Shown here in pieces: positions 10,343 through 22,042 of a stretch of 64,000 bases of DNA. Location of the stretch: contig CAIXPL010000030.1 in assembly GCA_903921325.1 (NCBI GenBank), positions 10,032-74,031 of the forward strand, read 5' to 3'. The notes beneath the pieces were generated by a model. The model was not told the DNA's origin and made no database searches. It saw only the letters and a list, made by a program, of their open reading frames with translations. The translations under genes and the position numbers were made by a program. Numbering within the stretch: the stretch's first letter is position 1; each line of letters starts with the position of its first letter. This DNA comes from an uncultured Pseudomonadota bacterium (GTDB taxonomy: Bacteria > Pseudomonadota > Gammaproteobacteria > Burkholderiales > SG8-39).

Positions 10343-11001
10343 GCCTGTCCTGTGCTGGTGTTCGCATCAATACTGATCGTTCGACCGGGCTCGAGCACCT
10401 CATGCGCTGGATCTGGATCAGACGCTGACCCCGAGCCAGAACGTGAGTCGGAATCTGAATGTGAGCCGAAGTCTGAATCTGAATCTGAACGTGACCCTGA
10501 AACTGCGTCCAGATCCAAATCTGAACCTGAATCTGAACGTGACCCTGAACCTGAACCTGGCCTTGATTCAATTCCTGATCCGGATCCCGAACCCGAGGAA
10601 TCAAGCGCGATCTCTTGCCGGATGATGCGAATGTCCAAATCAGCGATCGGGAGCAACCCAGCGGCCTTCTCAGGCCACTCGATTGCGCAGACGCTGTCTA
10701 GTCCGAAATACTCCGAAAAGCCATTGTCATGCCATTCCGATTCATCTCGAAAACGATACAAATCAAAATGATAGAAGTTTAAACTAGAAAGAAGGTAAGG
10801 TTCAACCAGTGTGTAGCTCGGGCTTTTGACCGGGCCGGAGTGTCCAAGGGCGGTGAGCAGGCCGCGCACCAGGGTGGTTTTGCCGGCACCGAGGTCACCG
10901 CGCAGGGCAATCCACAGTCCGGGCGCGAGTGCGCGCGCAAGGGCCACCCCAAAGGCGAGGGTGGCGGATTCATCCGGCAGGTAGAGCGTCAGGGGATTCA
11001 A
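10300..11001 (-). CDS. tsaE: tRNA t6A37 threonylcarbamoyl-adenosine biosynthesis ATPase TsaE, carrying a 60-65-aa Ser/Gly/Asp-rich insertion
   Basis: PLTLYLPDESATLAFG.., P-loop GDLGAGKTTLVRGL, VKSPSYTLVEPY, YHFDLYR, AIEWPE and C-terminal GRTISIDA are colinear with E. coli TsaE. TTG 11001 gives an N-terminus of E. coli-like length, but the track ORF runs up to 11184, so the start is uncertain. The 3' end overlaps the amidase start by 43 nt. Confidence 0.8.
   Translation of the reverse strand: MNPLTLYLPDESATLAFGVALARALAPGLWIALRGDLGAGKTTLVRGLLTALGHSGPVKSPSYTLVEPYLLSSLNFYHFDLYRFRDESEWHDNGFSEYFGLDSVCAIEWPEKAAGLLPIADLDIRIIRQEIALDSSGSGSGSGIESRPGSGSGSRSDSGSDLDLDAVSGSRSDSDSDFGSHSDSDSRSGSGSASDPDPAHEVLEPGRTISIDANTSTGQACLERLQREIGHTA
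10430..10600 (-). repeat. imperfect hexanucleotide-based repeat tract (GAATCT/GAACCT/GACCCT) with a 45-bp higher-order duplication, inside tsaE
   Basis: CTGAATCTGAACGTGACCCTGAA occurs twice (about 10481 and 10526), flanked by (TCTGAA)n-like units. It encodes SGSGSRSDSGSDLDLDAVSGSRSDSDSDFGSHSDSDSRSGSGS. Confidence 0.8.
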
Positions 11002-11129
11002 GTAGTGACCAATACATGTGCTCAGCCGATTGTCCCGCAACCCGGGGTTCTGTGGTGAGTGGCCGCGCCGTTGCGTCTCCTGGCGTGGGCGCTGAGTCGC
11101 ACACCGGTGCGACATCAGCGGTGCCCAGC

Positions 11130-11204
11130 GAGACGAGCAGCGTTGCAACTGGCGAGTCGCCCCGTGAGACGAGCAGCGTTGCAACCGGCGAGTCGCCCCG
11201 TGAG
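11130..11204. repeat. 36-bp tandem duplication (2.1 copies, 1 mismatch) in the tsaE/queG divergent region
   Basis: GAGACGAGCAGCGTTGCAAC(T/C)GGCGAGTCGCCCCGT at 11130-11165 and 11166-11201, then GAG. Confidence 0.9.
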
Positions 11205-11213
11205 GCGCACCAC

Positions 11214-12251
11214 TTGGCTATTGACATCAAGCGCTGGGGCGCCGAATTGGGGTTTCAGGCGGTCGGTATTGCTCGCATCGATCTTGATCAGGCAGGCGCG
11301 CGGCTGCGCGAATGGCTTGCCGCTGGAATGCATGGCGAAATGGACTATATGGCGCGCCATGCTGCGCTGCGGGCCGATCCGCGCCAGCTCATGCCCGGTA
11401 CGTTGAGTGTGGTAAGCGCGCGCATGAATTACTGGCCATCGGCGAGCGAAGCCACGCAGACGCTTGCCGATGGCGAGCGCGCGTACATCGCCCGCTATGC
11501 ATTGGGTCGCGACTATCACAAAGTGGTGCGAGGGCGACTGGGGCAGCTGACCGAGCGCATTCGCGCCACGGCTGCTGCCATCGGTGCGCGCGTATTCAGT
11601 GATTCGGCGCCGGTGCTCGAGGTCGAATTTGCGCGCCAGGCCGGTATCGCCTGGCGCGGCAAGCACACCCTGGCCCTTGCACGTGAGGCTGGGTCCTATT
11701 TCTTCCTGGGTGAAATCTTTCTCGATATCGCACTGCCCGAGGATCAGCCGGTGACTGAGCACTGCGGGCGCTGCGAACGTTGCCTGGACGCATGCCCGAC
11801 CGGTGCCATCGTCGCGCCGTATCGGCTGGACGCCCGCCGCTGCATTTCCTATCTCACGATTGAATTGAAGGGCTCCATTCCGATTGAGTGGCGCTCCTCG
11901 ATCGGCAATCGCGTCTATGGCTGTGACGACTGCCAACTCGTGTGCCCGTGGAATTCATTTGCCCGGTCGACCGAAGAGGCCGATTTCGCAGTGCGTGAGG
12001 GGCTCGATCGGGCGAGCCTGATCGAGCTTTTCTCATGGAGCAAAGAGCGCTTTGAGCAAGCGATGGCTGGTTCTGCGATTCGTCGCATCGGGTACATCCG
12101 GTGGCTGCGTAATCTGGCCGTGGGGTTGGGTAACGCGCCGCGGTCGGTTGCCGTGGTGCAGGCCCTGCAAGCACGTCTGGATGATCCGTCAGCGCTGGTG
12201 CGCGAGCATGTCGCCTGGGCGCTTGAACGGCAGAGCGGCGAGGACACCTGA
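11214..12251 (+). CDS. queG: epoxyqueuosine reductase
   Basis: IKRWGAELGFQAVGI, HGEMDYMARH, 4Fe-4S motifs CGRCERCLDACPTGA and YGCDDCQLVCPWN, and HEAT-like C-terminus are colinear with E. coli QueG. TTG 11214 is the nearest start to the homology. In-frame GTG 11121 and ATG 11016 would add a repeat-containing extension, so the start is uncertain. Confidence 0.85.
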   Translation: MAIDIKRWGAELGFQAVGIARIDLDQAGARLREWLAAGMHGEMDYMARHAALRADPRQLMPGTLSVVSARMNYWPSASEATQTLADGERAYIARYALGRDYHKVVRGRLGQLTERIRATAAAIGARVFSDSAPVLEVEFARQAGIAWRGKHTLALAREAGSYFFLGEIFLDIALPEDQPVTEHCGRCERCLDACPTGAIVAPYRLDARRCISYLTIELKGSIPIEWRSSIGNRVYGCDDCQLVCPWNSFARSTEEADFAVREGLDRASLIELFSWSKERFEQAMAGSAIRRIGYIRWLRNLAVGLGNAPRSVAVVQALQARLDDPSALVREHVAWALERQSGEDT

Positions 12252-12273
12252 ACGGGCCACGTGCGCGGCCTGA

Positions 12274-14337
12274 TCAGGCCTCACCTGTACTGAGTTCTTC
12301 GAGTGCCTGCTGACACTCCAGCCATTCGGATTCAAGCTGCTCGATCGCCTGCACGGTGCGCGCGGCATCGGCCAGGGTGTCGTTCAACTTGTCGCGATAC
12401 TCAGCCGAGTACAACTGGCCGCTCGCCAATAATGCATCGACCACCGAACGTTCGTGGTTGAGCGTGCTCAGGCGGCTCTCGATTCGGGCAATGCGATCGA
12501 CGATGGGTTTGCGTGCCCGGTTGCCTTGCTTGGCCTGACGCGGTGCTGCAGATGTGCGTGCCGATGCCGGCGTTGCCACTGACGCCAGTGTTGACGCTGA
12601 CGCCGCGCCGGAACGCGACAACGATGATGGCGACGAAGACGAAGACGAAGACGGCGACGGGGCGGCAACCGGGCGCGAGCCTTTGCCGCGTTGCTGCGCG
12701 GACGCGTTCTCATCAGTCCTCGGCTTATCCTGCCGCGCGCCGGGCCCCGCGGGTGCAGCGGCCGCACTGCGGCCTTTAACCACGCTCACCCGATAATCGT
12801 CCAGATCGCCGTCGAACCGATGCACGGCACCGTCGGCCACCACCAGTAGTTCATCGGCGGTCGTGCGCAGCAGGTGCCGATCGTGCGACACCAGCACCAC
12901 TGCGCCCTCGAATCCCTGCAGGGCCATGGTGAGTGTCTCGCGGGTATCCATATCAAGGTGATTGGTCGGTTCATCCAGTAGCAGCATGTTCGGGCGTTGC
13001 CAGATCAGCATGCACAGCACGAGTCGTGACTGCTCACCGCCTGACATGGTTCCCACCGGCTGGAATGCCGCCTCGCCACTGAAGCCGAATTGACCCAAGT
13101 GATCGCGCAAATCCTGTTCGCGTGCCTTTGGCGAGAGGCGCAGCAGATGAGTGAGCGGTCCATCATCGGGTCGTAATTGCTCCAGTTGATGCTGCGCAAA
13201 ATAGCCAATTGCCAGGTTGCGCCCTTCGCGCCGTTCGCCGGCAATGGGCTCGAGCAATCCGGCGAGCAACTTGATGAGCGTGGTTTTGCCGGCGCCATTG
13301 GCACCAATCAGGCCAATTCGAGCGCCGGCGGTGATGGTGAGATCAACGCCGCGCAATATCGGCGTGCTGCCATAGCCTGCGGATATCCCCTCCAGGGTCA
13401 GCGCCGGATCAGGCCCGGCGCCAGCGTCACGAAACTCAAAGCGTACGGCGTCGGCCACGTGGGCGGGCACGATCAATTCCATGCGCGCCAGGGCCTTCAT
13501 GCGGCTTTGCGCCTGGCGCGCCTTGGTGGCTTTGGCACGGAAACGTTCGATGAAGGATTTCAGATGATCGACTTCGCGTTGCTGACGCATGGCGAGTGAC
13601 TGTTCGCGCGCCATGCGTTCGGCGCGGGCGCGCTCATAGCTCGAGAAGTCGCCGGTGTGCAGCATCAGCGTCGCGTTCTCGAACGCGAGCACCGAACTTG
13701 CCACGCCATCGAGAAACTCGCGATCGTGCGAGATCACGAGCAGCGTGCCGGGATAATTCGACAACCATTGCTCAAGCCATACGATGGCGTCGATATCCAG
13801 GTGATTGGTCGGCTCATCCAGTAGCAGCAGGTCAGATCGACACATCAGCGCCTGGGCCAGATTGAGCCGCATTCGCCAGCCCCCGGAGAATTCACGTACC
13901 GAGCGGGTATGTTCCACACTGGCGAAACCCAGGCCAGCGAGCAGCGCGCCGGCGCGGGCTGGCGCGGTGTAGCCGTCGATCTGACCGAACGCTTCATGGG
14001 CGAGCGCAATCTCCTCACCGCTACCAGTCGCTTCGGATTGGGCAATCGCCGCTTCAGCGGCGCGCAGCGCCGGGTCGCCATCCATCACGTAGTCGATAGC
14101 GGTGCGATCAACCGCCGGCGTTTCCTGTGCGACGTGCGCCATGACCCAGCCAGCCGGCATTTCAATATCGCCGCGATCGGGCAGCAACTCGCCGCGAAGT
14201 GCCGCGAAAAGACTCGATTTGCCGCTACCGTTGGGGCCGATGATGCCCGCACGGGCGCGCGGCGGGAGCATCAGGCTCGCGCCGTCCAGCAACACTTTGG
14301 TGCCGCGCACAAGGCGCAAGGAGCGGAAAGTAATCAC
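12274..14337 (-). CDS. yheS: ABC-F family ATPase (YheS-like; two ABC domains, no membrane domain)
   Basis: The N-terminus [12 protein letters not shown].. aligns by eye with E. coli YheS (MIVFSSLQIRRG..). Walker [10 protein letters not shown] and GANGAGKTT, signatures [12 protein letters not shown] and MSGGEQSRL, and a C-terminal coiled coil. A Ser-rich insert ([14 protein letters not shown]) precedes the coiled coil. The paralogue assignment is tentative. Confidence 0.85.
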   Translation of the reverse strand: MITFRSLRLVRGTKVLLDGASLMLPPRARAGIIGPNGSGKSSLFAALRGELLPDRGDIEMPAGWVMAHVAQETPAVDRTAIDYVMDGDPALRAAEAAIAQSEATGSGEEIALAHEAFGQIDGYTAPARAGALLAGLGFASVEHTRSVREFSGGWRMRLNLAQALMCRSDLLLLDEPTNHLDIDAIVWLEQWLSNYPGTLLVISHDREFLDGVASSVLAFENATLMLHTGDFSSYERARAERMAREQSLAMRQQREVDHLKSFIERFRAKATKARQAQSRMKALARMELIVPAHVADAVRFEFRDAGAGPDPALTLEGISAGYGSTPILRGVDLTITAGARIGLIGANGAGKTTLIKLLAGLLEPIAGERREGRNLAIGYFAQHQLEQLRPDDGPLTHLLRLSPKAREQDLRDHLGQFGFSGEAAFQPVGTMSGGEQSRLVLCMLIWQRPNMLLLDEPTNHLDMDTRETLTMALQGFEGAVVLVSHDRHLLRTTADELLVVADGAVHRFDGDLDDYRVSVVKGRSAAAAPAGPGARQDKPRTDENASAQQRGKGSRPVAAPSPSSSSSSSPSSLSRSGAASASTLASVATPASARTSAAPRQAKQGNRARKPIVDRIARIESRLSTLNHERSVVDALLASGQLYSAEYRDKLNDTLADAARTVQAIEQLESEWLECQQALEELSTGEA

Positions 14338-14482
14338 GGTGGGCGATTATATCGTCGCGCCAGGGGGGCTTCGCCGACGAATGTTGCAGCGCAAAGGGGG
14401 CTATACTCGCGCGATTGCGCTGACTGTCCGGCCCGCCCGGCGCAGAACTTCTTTAGCCGGCCGATCTCACGGATTGCCTCGT

Positions 14483-16060
14483 TTGACTTCGTTTGCAGAT
14501 CTGGGTCTTGCCCCGCCCATCCTCAAGGCTGTCGAGGAAATGGGCTATACAGAACCGACGCCCATTCAGGCGCAGGCCATACCGGTGGTGCTTGCTGGCC
14601 GCGATGTCATGGGGGGCGCGCAGACCGGCACCGGCAAGACTGCGGGGTTCACGCTGCCGCTGCTGCAGAAGATGCTGCCACATGCCAACACCAGCACATC
14701 GCCCGCGCGCCACCCGATCCGCGCACTGATCCTCACGCCGACCCGGGAGCTGGCAGCACAGGTCGAGGAGAGTGTCAAGAATTACAGCAAGCACCTCGCT
14801 CTGCGCAGCACGCAGATCTACGGCGGGGTGAATATGGACCCGCAGATTCAAGAGCTGCGCCGCGGCGTGGAGATCGTGGTCGCCACGCCTGGACGGTTGC
14901 TCGATCACGTCCAGCAACGCACGATCAATCTGTCTCAGGTCGAGTTTTTTGTGCTCGATGAAGCCGATCGCATGCTCGACATGGGCTTCATTCCCGACAT
15001 CCGGCGCATTGTTGCGCTGATCCCCAAGCAGCGGCAGAGCCTGCTTTTTTCGGCCACGTTCCCTGAGGACATCAAGCGGCTGGCCGGTGAGCTGCTGCGC
15101 GATCCGGTGTCGATCCAGGTGGCGCGCCGCAATGCAGTGGCCGAATCAGTCACGCATGTGGTCCATCCGGTGGCGCGCGAGCACAAGCGCGACCTGCTTG
15201 TGCACCTGGTGCAGTCGCGCGATTTGAAGCAGGTGCTGGTGTTCACCGCCACGAGGATCGGTTGTAATCGACTGGCTTACCAGCTCAACCGCGACGGTGT
15301 TCATGCCGCGGCCATCCACGGTGACAAGACACAGTCCGAGCGTACCGAGGCCCTCGATCAGTTCAAGACCGGCAAGGTGCGTGTGCTGGTGGCCACCGAT
15401 GTGGCGGCGCGCGGCCTCGATATCGAAGATCTGCCGTGCGTGATCAACTTCGAGTTGCCCAATACGCCCGAGGACTACGTGCACCGCATCGGCCGCACCG
15501 GCCGTGCCGGCAAGGGCGGTGAGGCGATCTCGCTCGTCGCCCCGGAAGAATACGAAAAGCTCGGTGATATCGAGCAGGTGATCAAGACCACGATCCGGCG
15601 CGATGCAGTGCCTGGATTTGTCCCTGGCAGCGGTTCGCACGCCGATAGCGACGATCGTCCTGAGCGCTCATCGCGTGGCGGACGAGACCGCGCCGGCTCT
15701 TCGCGTGAACGCGAACGTCCCGCGGCACGCGAGCGCTCGGACGCAGGCAGTGAGCCGGCCCCGCGGGAGCATTCCCTGCGTGAGCACTCCTCGCGTGAGC
15801 AACCTGCGCGTGAGCCCGGTCGTGACCGCGTCCGCGATCGTACGCATGACCGTGGCGATGATCGCCGTCGTCCGCCGCGCGGGGAGCCAGCGCGCGGTGA
15901 TGTTGCTTCTGCGCGCTTGCCGCAGTCCGACGATCCGATCTTTACACGGCCCTATGAACCGGAGTCTGCCGCCGCGGCCGATCTGGAACGGCCGGCGCCG
16001 CCGCGGCGCGGTCAACAGGTGGCGGCCCTGCTTGGTGGATTCATACGTAAGGCCGGCTAG
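14483..16060 (+). CDS. rhlE: ATP-dependent DEAD-box RNA helicase (RhlE-like)
   Basis: Q-motif region [47 protein letters not shown], and an Arg/Glu/Asp-rich tail. TTG 14483 gives the usual (M)TSFADLGL N-terminus; ATG 14381 is an alternative. The track ORF start 14102 overlaps the ABC-F gene and is rejected. Confidence 0.88.
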   Translation: MTSFADLGLAPPILKAVEEMGYTEPTPIQAQAIPVVLAGRDVMGGAQTGTGKTAGFTLPLLQKMLPHANTSTSPARHPIRALILTPTRELAAQVEESVKNYSKHLALRSTQIYGGVNMDPQIQELRRGVEIVVATPGRLLDHVQQRTINLSQVEFFVLDEADRMLDMGFIPDIRRIVALIPKQRQSLLFSATFPEDIKRLAGELLRDPVSIQVARRNAVAESVTHVVHPVAREHKRDLLVHLVQSRDLKQVLVFTATRIGCNRLAYQLNRDGVHAAAIHGDKTQSERTEALDQFKTGKVRVLVATDVAARGLDIEDLPCVINFELPNTPEDYVHRIGRTGRAGKGGEAISLVAPEEYEKLGDIEQVIKTTIRRDAVPGFVPGSGSHADSDDRPERSSRGGRDRAGSSRERERPAARERSDAGSEPAPREHSLREHSSREQPAREPGRDRVRDRTHDRGDDRRRPPRGEPARGDVASARLPQSDDPIFTRPYEPESAAAADLERPAPPRRGQQVAALLGGFIRKAG

Positions 16061-16063
16061 CGT

Positions 16064-17068
16064 TCAGACGCCTGCAAATCGCGTGTCGATCACATCCTTG
16101 AACGGCACGTCGATCTTTAGCAGCCCAGCCTTCTGCACGACTTTCTGACCGGTGGCCCAGGCCTGTGGCGCCATCTTGCCGTCACGGCTCCAGAGCTCAT
16201 CGGCAAACGCCCGATCGACCGTTGCGGTCAGGTCCTCAAGGGCCATGGTCGGGAATTCCTTGCGCGCGATTTCAATCGCTTCCTTCGGATTCTCGTAGGT
16301 CAATTTCATCCCGCGCATCATCGCTTTGACGAAACCGGCACAGGTCTTGGGATCATTGTCGATTGTCTCTTTCAGCACGTTGAGCGTTGAATAGGTGTAG
16401 TCGCCCAGTTCTTTCGGAACATTGAAAAACGGCTCATCCCAGATGCCTTGCCGGATGCCTTGGGTCAGTTGCGGCTCGGTGATGCAGGCGACATCGGCGT
16501 TGCGGGTTTTCATCGCGGCGAGAATGGCCGACGGACCCGATTCGGTCAGTACAACGTCGGTTTTCGCATCCAGCCCCCACTCGGCGAGCAGGTAGCGGCT
16601 GATTGAATTCGGCGTGCCACCGTAGAACCAGGTCGCAAAACGCTTGCCTTTCATGTAGGCGGCGAAATTGCGGTCCTTCGGTGATTGCCCCTTGACCGCC
16701 ACCAGGTACACATTGCCCCTGTTCACGCAATTCACAATGGCACGCACTTCGGCGCCCTTTGCTTTGGCAAACGCGTTGTGCTCGGGCCCACCAATGAAGG
16801 CAAAGGCCTGATGGGTGAGCACGGCGTTGGTGTGGCCGGCGCCCGATTCCACGGTGAGCACCTGGACCGCGAGCCCCTCGTCCTTGAAGTATCCCTTGGC
16901 GATGGCGACGTAGAGGGGCAGGTAACCCACCTGGTGAACCGGCTCGGCGACGATCAGTTCTTTGAGCCCCTGGGCTGAGGCCAGTCCGGGGCGTAGCGAA
17001 CCGGCGAGTCCAAGCCCTGCGGCGCCAAGGGCAATGGTGTTGAATTCACGGCGATTGATGGCTTTCAT
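16064..17068 (-). CDS. ABC transporter periplasmic substrate-binding protein (NMT1/THI5-like, NitT/TauT family)
   Basis: Tat-like signal MKAINRREFNTIALGAAGLGLAG. NMT1-type binding-protein similarity. Last gene of an ATPase-permease-SBP operon on the minus strand. Confidence 0.8.
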   Translation of the reverse strand: MKAINRREFNTIALGAAGLGLAGSLRPGLASAQGLKELIVAEPVHQVGYLPLYVAIAKGYFKDEGLAVQVLTVESGAGHTNAVLTHQAFAFIGGPEHNAFAKAKGAEVRAIVNCVNRGNVYLVAVKGQSPKDRNFAAYMKGKRFATWFYGGTPNSISRYLLAEWGLDAKTDVVLTESGPSAILAAMKTRNADVACITEPQLTQGIRQGIWDEPFFNVPKELGDYTYSTLNVLKETIDNDPKTCAGFVKAMMRGMKLTYENPKEAIEIARKEFPTMALEDLTATVDRAFADELWSRDGKMAPQAWATGQKVVQKAGLLKIDVPFKDVIDTRFAGV

Positions 17069-17144
17069 CTGGTGCAGCTCCTTGTGGTGAGCAACGGGAC
17101 AAGCGGGTGAATGGGCAACCGGTCGGATTCGTGGCGATCAGCAC

Positions 17145-18008
17145 CTAGCGCTTGACATGTTTCATCAGCACCCGCTCGATATGGGCCACGGCGACATACA
17201 TGAGGATCGACAGCGTCGAGAGCACCAGCACGGCGACCCACACGAGGGCAATTTCGTAGGTCTGACCGGCGTACAGGATGGCCCGTCCAAGGCCGTGCTG
17301 CGATGAAATGAATTCGCCCACGATGCTGCCGGTGAGCGCGAGGCCGATATTGACCCGCAGCACCGAAATGCCCCAGGGCAGGACCGATGGCACCACCAGT
17401 TTGCAGAACACCTGCCAGCGCGAGGCACCGAGCGCGTACATCAGGCGCTCAAGGTCGCGGTCGACCGATTTCACGCCGGCAAACGTGGTAAGTGCCGAAA
17501 CCACCACGGTGAGTGCAACGCCAATGGCGATTTTGGAGGGCAGTCCGATCCCGAACACCAGGATGATCAACGGCGCGAGTGCGAGCTTGGGGATTGATTC
17601 GAAGCAAACGATGAATGGCTGCACGATCGCGGCGTAATTGCCTGACCACCAGAACGACAGTCCGATGAGTGTGCCCAGCGTCGTGCCGATAATGAACCCG
17701 GCGAGCGTGGCGCGAAACGTGAATGAAATATCGATCCAGGCATCGCCTTGGGTGAAAAATACCATCAGCACTTCTTGGATCTTGGAAGGCTGTGACCAGA
17801 AAAAGGAATCAATCCAACCCTGGCGTGCGCTCAACTCCCACGCCAGCACGCCCCCGATCAGGAGTGCGCACTGCGCAAGCACGATGACTGGGGTGCTCCA
17901 GCGCCGTTCTTGCGGCAGGCGCCGTGCGGCACGTGCTTGCAGCAGCGGTTTCGCGGCGCTCACCGGCAACGGTGTCTGCGCAAGTGATGTAGTCACAGGC
18001 GTGTTCAT
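17145..18008 (-). CDS. ABC transporter permease (NitT/TauT family)
   Basis: Six-TM BPD_transp_1-type ORF with an EAA-like loop (LMYALGASRWQVFCKLVVPSVLPW). Start overlaps the ATPase stop. Confidence 0.85.
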   Translation of the reverse strand: MNTPVTTSLAQTPLPVSAAKPLLQARAARRLPQERRWSTPVIVLAQCALLIGGVLAWELSARQGWIDSFFWSQPSKIQEVLMVFFTQGDAWIDISFTFRATLAGFIIGTTLGTLIGLSFWWSGNYAAIVQPFIVCFESIPKLALAPLIILVFGIGLPSKIAIGVALTVVVSALTTFAGVKSVDRDLERLMYALGASRWQVFCKLVVPSVLPWGISVLRVNIGLALTGSIVGEFISSQHGLGRAILYAGQTYEIALVWVAVLVLSTLSILMYVAVAHIERVLMKHVKR

Positions 18009-18889
18009 GCTGCCAGCCCCGGTGTCGACAGCCGCTGCGCGGAGGGCGGCGGCGGTTCGATCGCCAGCGCAGGCTCCGCTGATGGTGCTTGTGCGCCCAG
18101 CGGGGGTGCATCGCCACGGGTGAGCGCTTCTTCGTCGAGCAAAGCGAGGCAGCGCTCCTTCATCCGGGCAAACGCGGGCTCCAGCGTGATGTGTCGCGGT
18201 CGCGGACGTGCCAGGGGTACGTCGAGGCGTGCGCGAATGCGCCCCGGACGAGCCGCCATCACATAGATCTCATCGGACAGATAGACGGCCTCTTCCACGT
18301 CATGGGTGACAAAAATGACCGTCTTGCCGAAATCGCTCCAGATTTGCAGCAACCACTCCTGCATGCGGGCACGGGTCTGCGCATCAAGGGCGCCGAACGG
18401 TTCGTCGAGCAGGATGATTTCGCTATCGAACAGCAGTGTTCGCAAAAGTGCCGCACGCTGACGCATGCCCCCTGAAAGGGCAGCCGGATACTGATCCTCG
18501 AAGCCGCCCAGACCATAGCGGGCAAGGAAGGGGCGCGCATATTCGCGGGCCTCGCGCACCTTGACACCGCGAATTTCCATGCCAAGCACCACATTGTCTA
18601 GTACGGTGCGCCAGGGAAAGAGCAGGTCTTTTTGCAGCATATAGCCCACCAGCCCGATCATTCCGGTGACCTCGCGCCCGTCGATGATGATCGAGCCGGC
18701 GCTCGGGGTCTGCAGACCGGCTATGGCATTGAAAATCGTGCTCTTGCCGCAGCCCGACGGGCCGATCAAGCTGATAAAGCGCCCTGGCGACACGCTGAAT
18801 CCAACATTGTCCAGGGCGCGAAACAACTGGCCTTCGCCAGTGACGAAGTCATGGGTGACGCCACGCAGCTCGATTTTCGCCGTGCTCAT
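18005..18889 (-). CDS. ABC transporter ATP-binding protein (NitT/TauT family)
   Basis: Walker A GPSGCGKST, signature LSGGMRQRAAL, Walker B ILLDEPFGALD. ATG 18889 (MSTAKIELRGV) was chosen; the track ORF extends to 19039 without homology. Pro/Ala-rich C-terminal tail. Confidence 0.85.
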   Translation of the reverse strand: MSTAKIELRGVTHDFVTGEGQLFRALDNVGFSVSPGRFISLIGPSGCGKSTIFNAIAGLQTPSAGSIIIDGREVTGMIGLVGYMLQKDLLFPWRTVLDNVVLGMEIRGVKVREAREYARPFLARYGLGGFEDQYPAALSGGMRQRAALLRTLLFDSEIILLDEPFGALDAQTRARMQEWLLQIWSDFGKTVIFVTHDVEEAVYLSDEIYVMAARPGRIRARLDVPLARPRPRHITLEPAFARMKERCLALLDEEALTRGDAPPLGAQAPSAEPALAIEPPPPSAQRLSTPGLAA

Positions 18890-19091
18890 CCGATTCCCCA
18901 GGTGCTTCGGTGCCCGCCCTGCGCGTCGCATTGCGGGATGACGTTGGTGACGCGTTAGGACAGCAAAATCGGTTCCATGTGCGTCCAGGCCAGCCAATCT
19001 CCGGCATCCGCCCGACGCTCGTCGGCCCAGGCTCGCCATTGCGCCCTAACAGAGGGGTAGCGCGTCGGTCCGCTGACCGCAGTTTGCACGA

Positions 19092-20219
19092 TTATGGTGC
19101 ATCAGTGCTGGCGCGATAGGCCTGATGGTCACGCAATTCATCAATGTACTGACCGATGCCTTGCGACTCGCGCTGCAGAAACTTTTCCACCGCATCCGCA
19201 AACTCCGGGTGTGCCAGCCAGTGCACTGAATGGGTTCGCACCGGGTCAAATCCGCGCGCAAGTTTGTGCTCCCCCTGTGCGCCGCCTTCGAACACGGCAA
19301 GGCCTTGCTCGATGCAGAATTCAAGGGCCTGGTAGTAGCAGGTCTCGAAATGCAGCCCCGAATGAAATTCGGTGGTGCCCCAATAGCGGCCGTAGAGCAC
19401 GCCCTGGCCAAACACATTCAATGCGGCAGCAATCGGCTGATCTTCGCGGTAGGCCATCACAAGCAGTAAATGGTCTCCCATGGTGGCACCGATGCGGCGA
19501 AAGAAGTCCAGGTTGAGGTAAGGCGAAGAATGATGCTCGCGATAGGTTGTGCGATAGCAGCGATTGAAGAACAGCCAGTCCTCGTCGTGGATGGCAGGCC
19601 CCACCTTGCGCTCGAAGCGGATACCCGCCTGCTGCACTTTACGTCGCTCCTGCTTCACCTTCTTGCGCTTGTCATGCGCGAATCCGGCGAGGAATTCATC
19701 AAATGTGCGATAGCCGCGGTTGTGCCAGTGAAACTGGACGCCCTCACGCACCAGCATGCCGGCAGCACGCGCGAGGGACAGATCGTCCTCGTTCGGAAAC
19801 AGCAGGTGGAATGAGGACACCCCCGGTTCAAGTGCCAGCGCCGAGCGCAGCAGCGCGTCACGAACCGCAGCCGCGGCACCCAGCAGTTTGGGTGCGCCAA
19901 CCGGGGAGAACGGGATGGCGCCCAGGAGTTTGGGGTAGTAGCGCAGTCCATGGCGCTGGTAGGCCTCGGCCCACGCCCAATCGAACACGTACTCGCCATA
20001 GGAATGCGCTTTCAGGTAAAGCGGTAGCGCGCCGACCAGCCGGTCGCCCTCGTAGGCAACGCGATGACACGGAGTCCAGCCACTGGCCTCACCCACGCAG
20101 CCACTGGCCTCGAGCGCATGCAAAAAGGCATGCGCGAGCATCGGGTGGCCTCGCGTCAGCGCATCCCACTGCGCGGCAGGCACCGCGGCGAGTGAGTCAA
20201 GGGTGCCAATTTCAAGCAT
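19092..20219 (-). CDS. FemAB-like/GNAT-fold protein of the DUF482 (PF04339-type) family
   Basis: The N-terminus W..L....P.L.H.FL.ALE.SG.V....GW.P.H and overall length of about 375 aa match what I recall of this family of unknown physiological role. Assigned from memory only. Confidence 0.6.
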   Translation of the reverse strand: MLEIGTLDSLAAVPAAQWDALTRGHPMLAHAFLHALEASGCVGEASGWTPCHRVAYEGDRLVGALPLYLKAHSYGEYVFDWAWAEAYQRHGLRYYPKLLGAIPFSPVGAPKLLGAAAAVRDALLRSALALEPGVSSFHLLFPNEDDLSLARAAGMLVREGVQFHWHNRGYRTFDEFLAGFAHDKRKKVKQERRKVQQAGIRFERKVGPAIHDEDWLFFNRCYRTTYREHHSSPYLNLDFFRRIGATMGDHLLLVMAYREDQPIAAALNVFGQGVLYGRYWGTTEFHSGLHFETCYYQALEFCIEQGLAVFEGGAQGEHKLARGFDPVRTHSVHWLAHPEFADAVEKFLQRESQGIGQYIDELRDHQAYRASTDAP

Positions 20220-20275
20220 GCGCTCATACTCCTGTCATGGCAAAGCGGCCTTGCTATACTGAGTTCACTGCTTGA

Positions 20276-20632
<357 letters not shown>

Positions 20633-20636
20633 TTGG

Positions 20637-21644
<1,008 letters not shown>

Positions 21645-21759
21645 TCATTAACGCGTGCCCTGATTATAACGATCGCGCGCGATCCGCTGAGCGCTCGTGG
21701 GTGACCACAGGTGTACAGGAATTAAGTCACAGTGAGGCATTCATTGGAGCGTAAATCGT

Positions 21760-21788
21760 TGTTATTCAATTGTTACAAACCTATACTG
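21760..21788 (+). promoter_or_regulatory. candidate sigma70-type promoter (TTGTTA - 17 nt - TATACT) about 250 nt upstream of the crp-like gene
   Basis: TTGTTA at 21760-21765, a 17-nt AT-rich spacer and TATACT at 21783-21788, read directly. Located in an unusually AT-rich 458-bp intergenic region. No experimental support. Confidence 0.35.
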
Positions 21789-22042
21789 AACGTGAAGTCT
21801 TACCGACTTATCCATCGGGGCGGTTTGACTGCGGCGGTATGTAAGAGACCTTGAAGTAAGGCCCAGTTGGTCCTCTTATCATGCTTTAAGACAGTCAGTG
21901 TCATTGTTAAGGTGTGTGGCGTCGGACGGTGTTTGGTCACACGATGTGATCGAGTCAGCGGTAATCCCGGTGATTCATGGCATGGCGACCAGGCCAATCA
22001 GAGTTCCATAGAACCGTAGCCCTTCATTCCGGAGAGTTTCAC

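Noticed and set aside
10929-11213. Long N-terminal extension of QueG (track start 10929)
   Set aside because: It would overlap the tsaE 5' end on the opposite strand, and QueG homology only starts near 11214. Kept as an open alternative from ATG 11016 or GTG 11121, but not called.
14102-14482. Upstream extension of the RhlE ORF (track start 14102)
   Set aside because: The extension overlaps the ABC-F gene on the other strand up to 14337 and shows no helicase homology. Helicase similarity begins at TSFADLGL just after TTG 14483.
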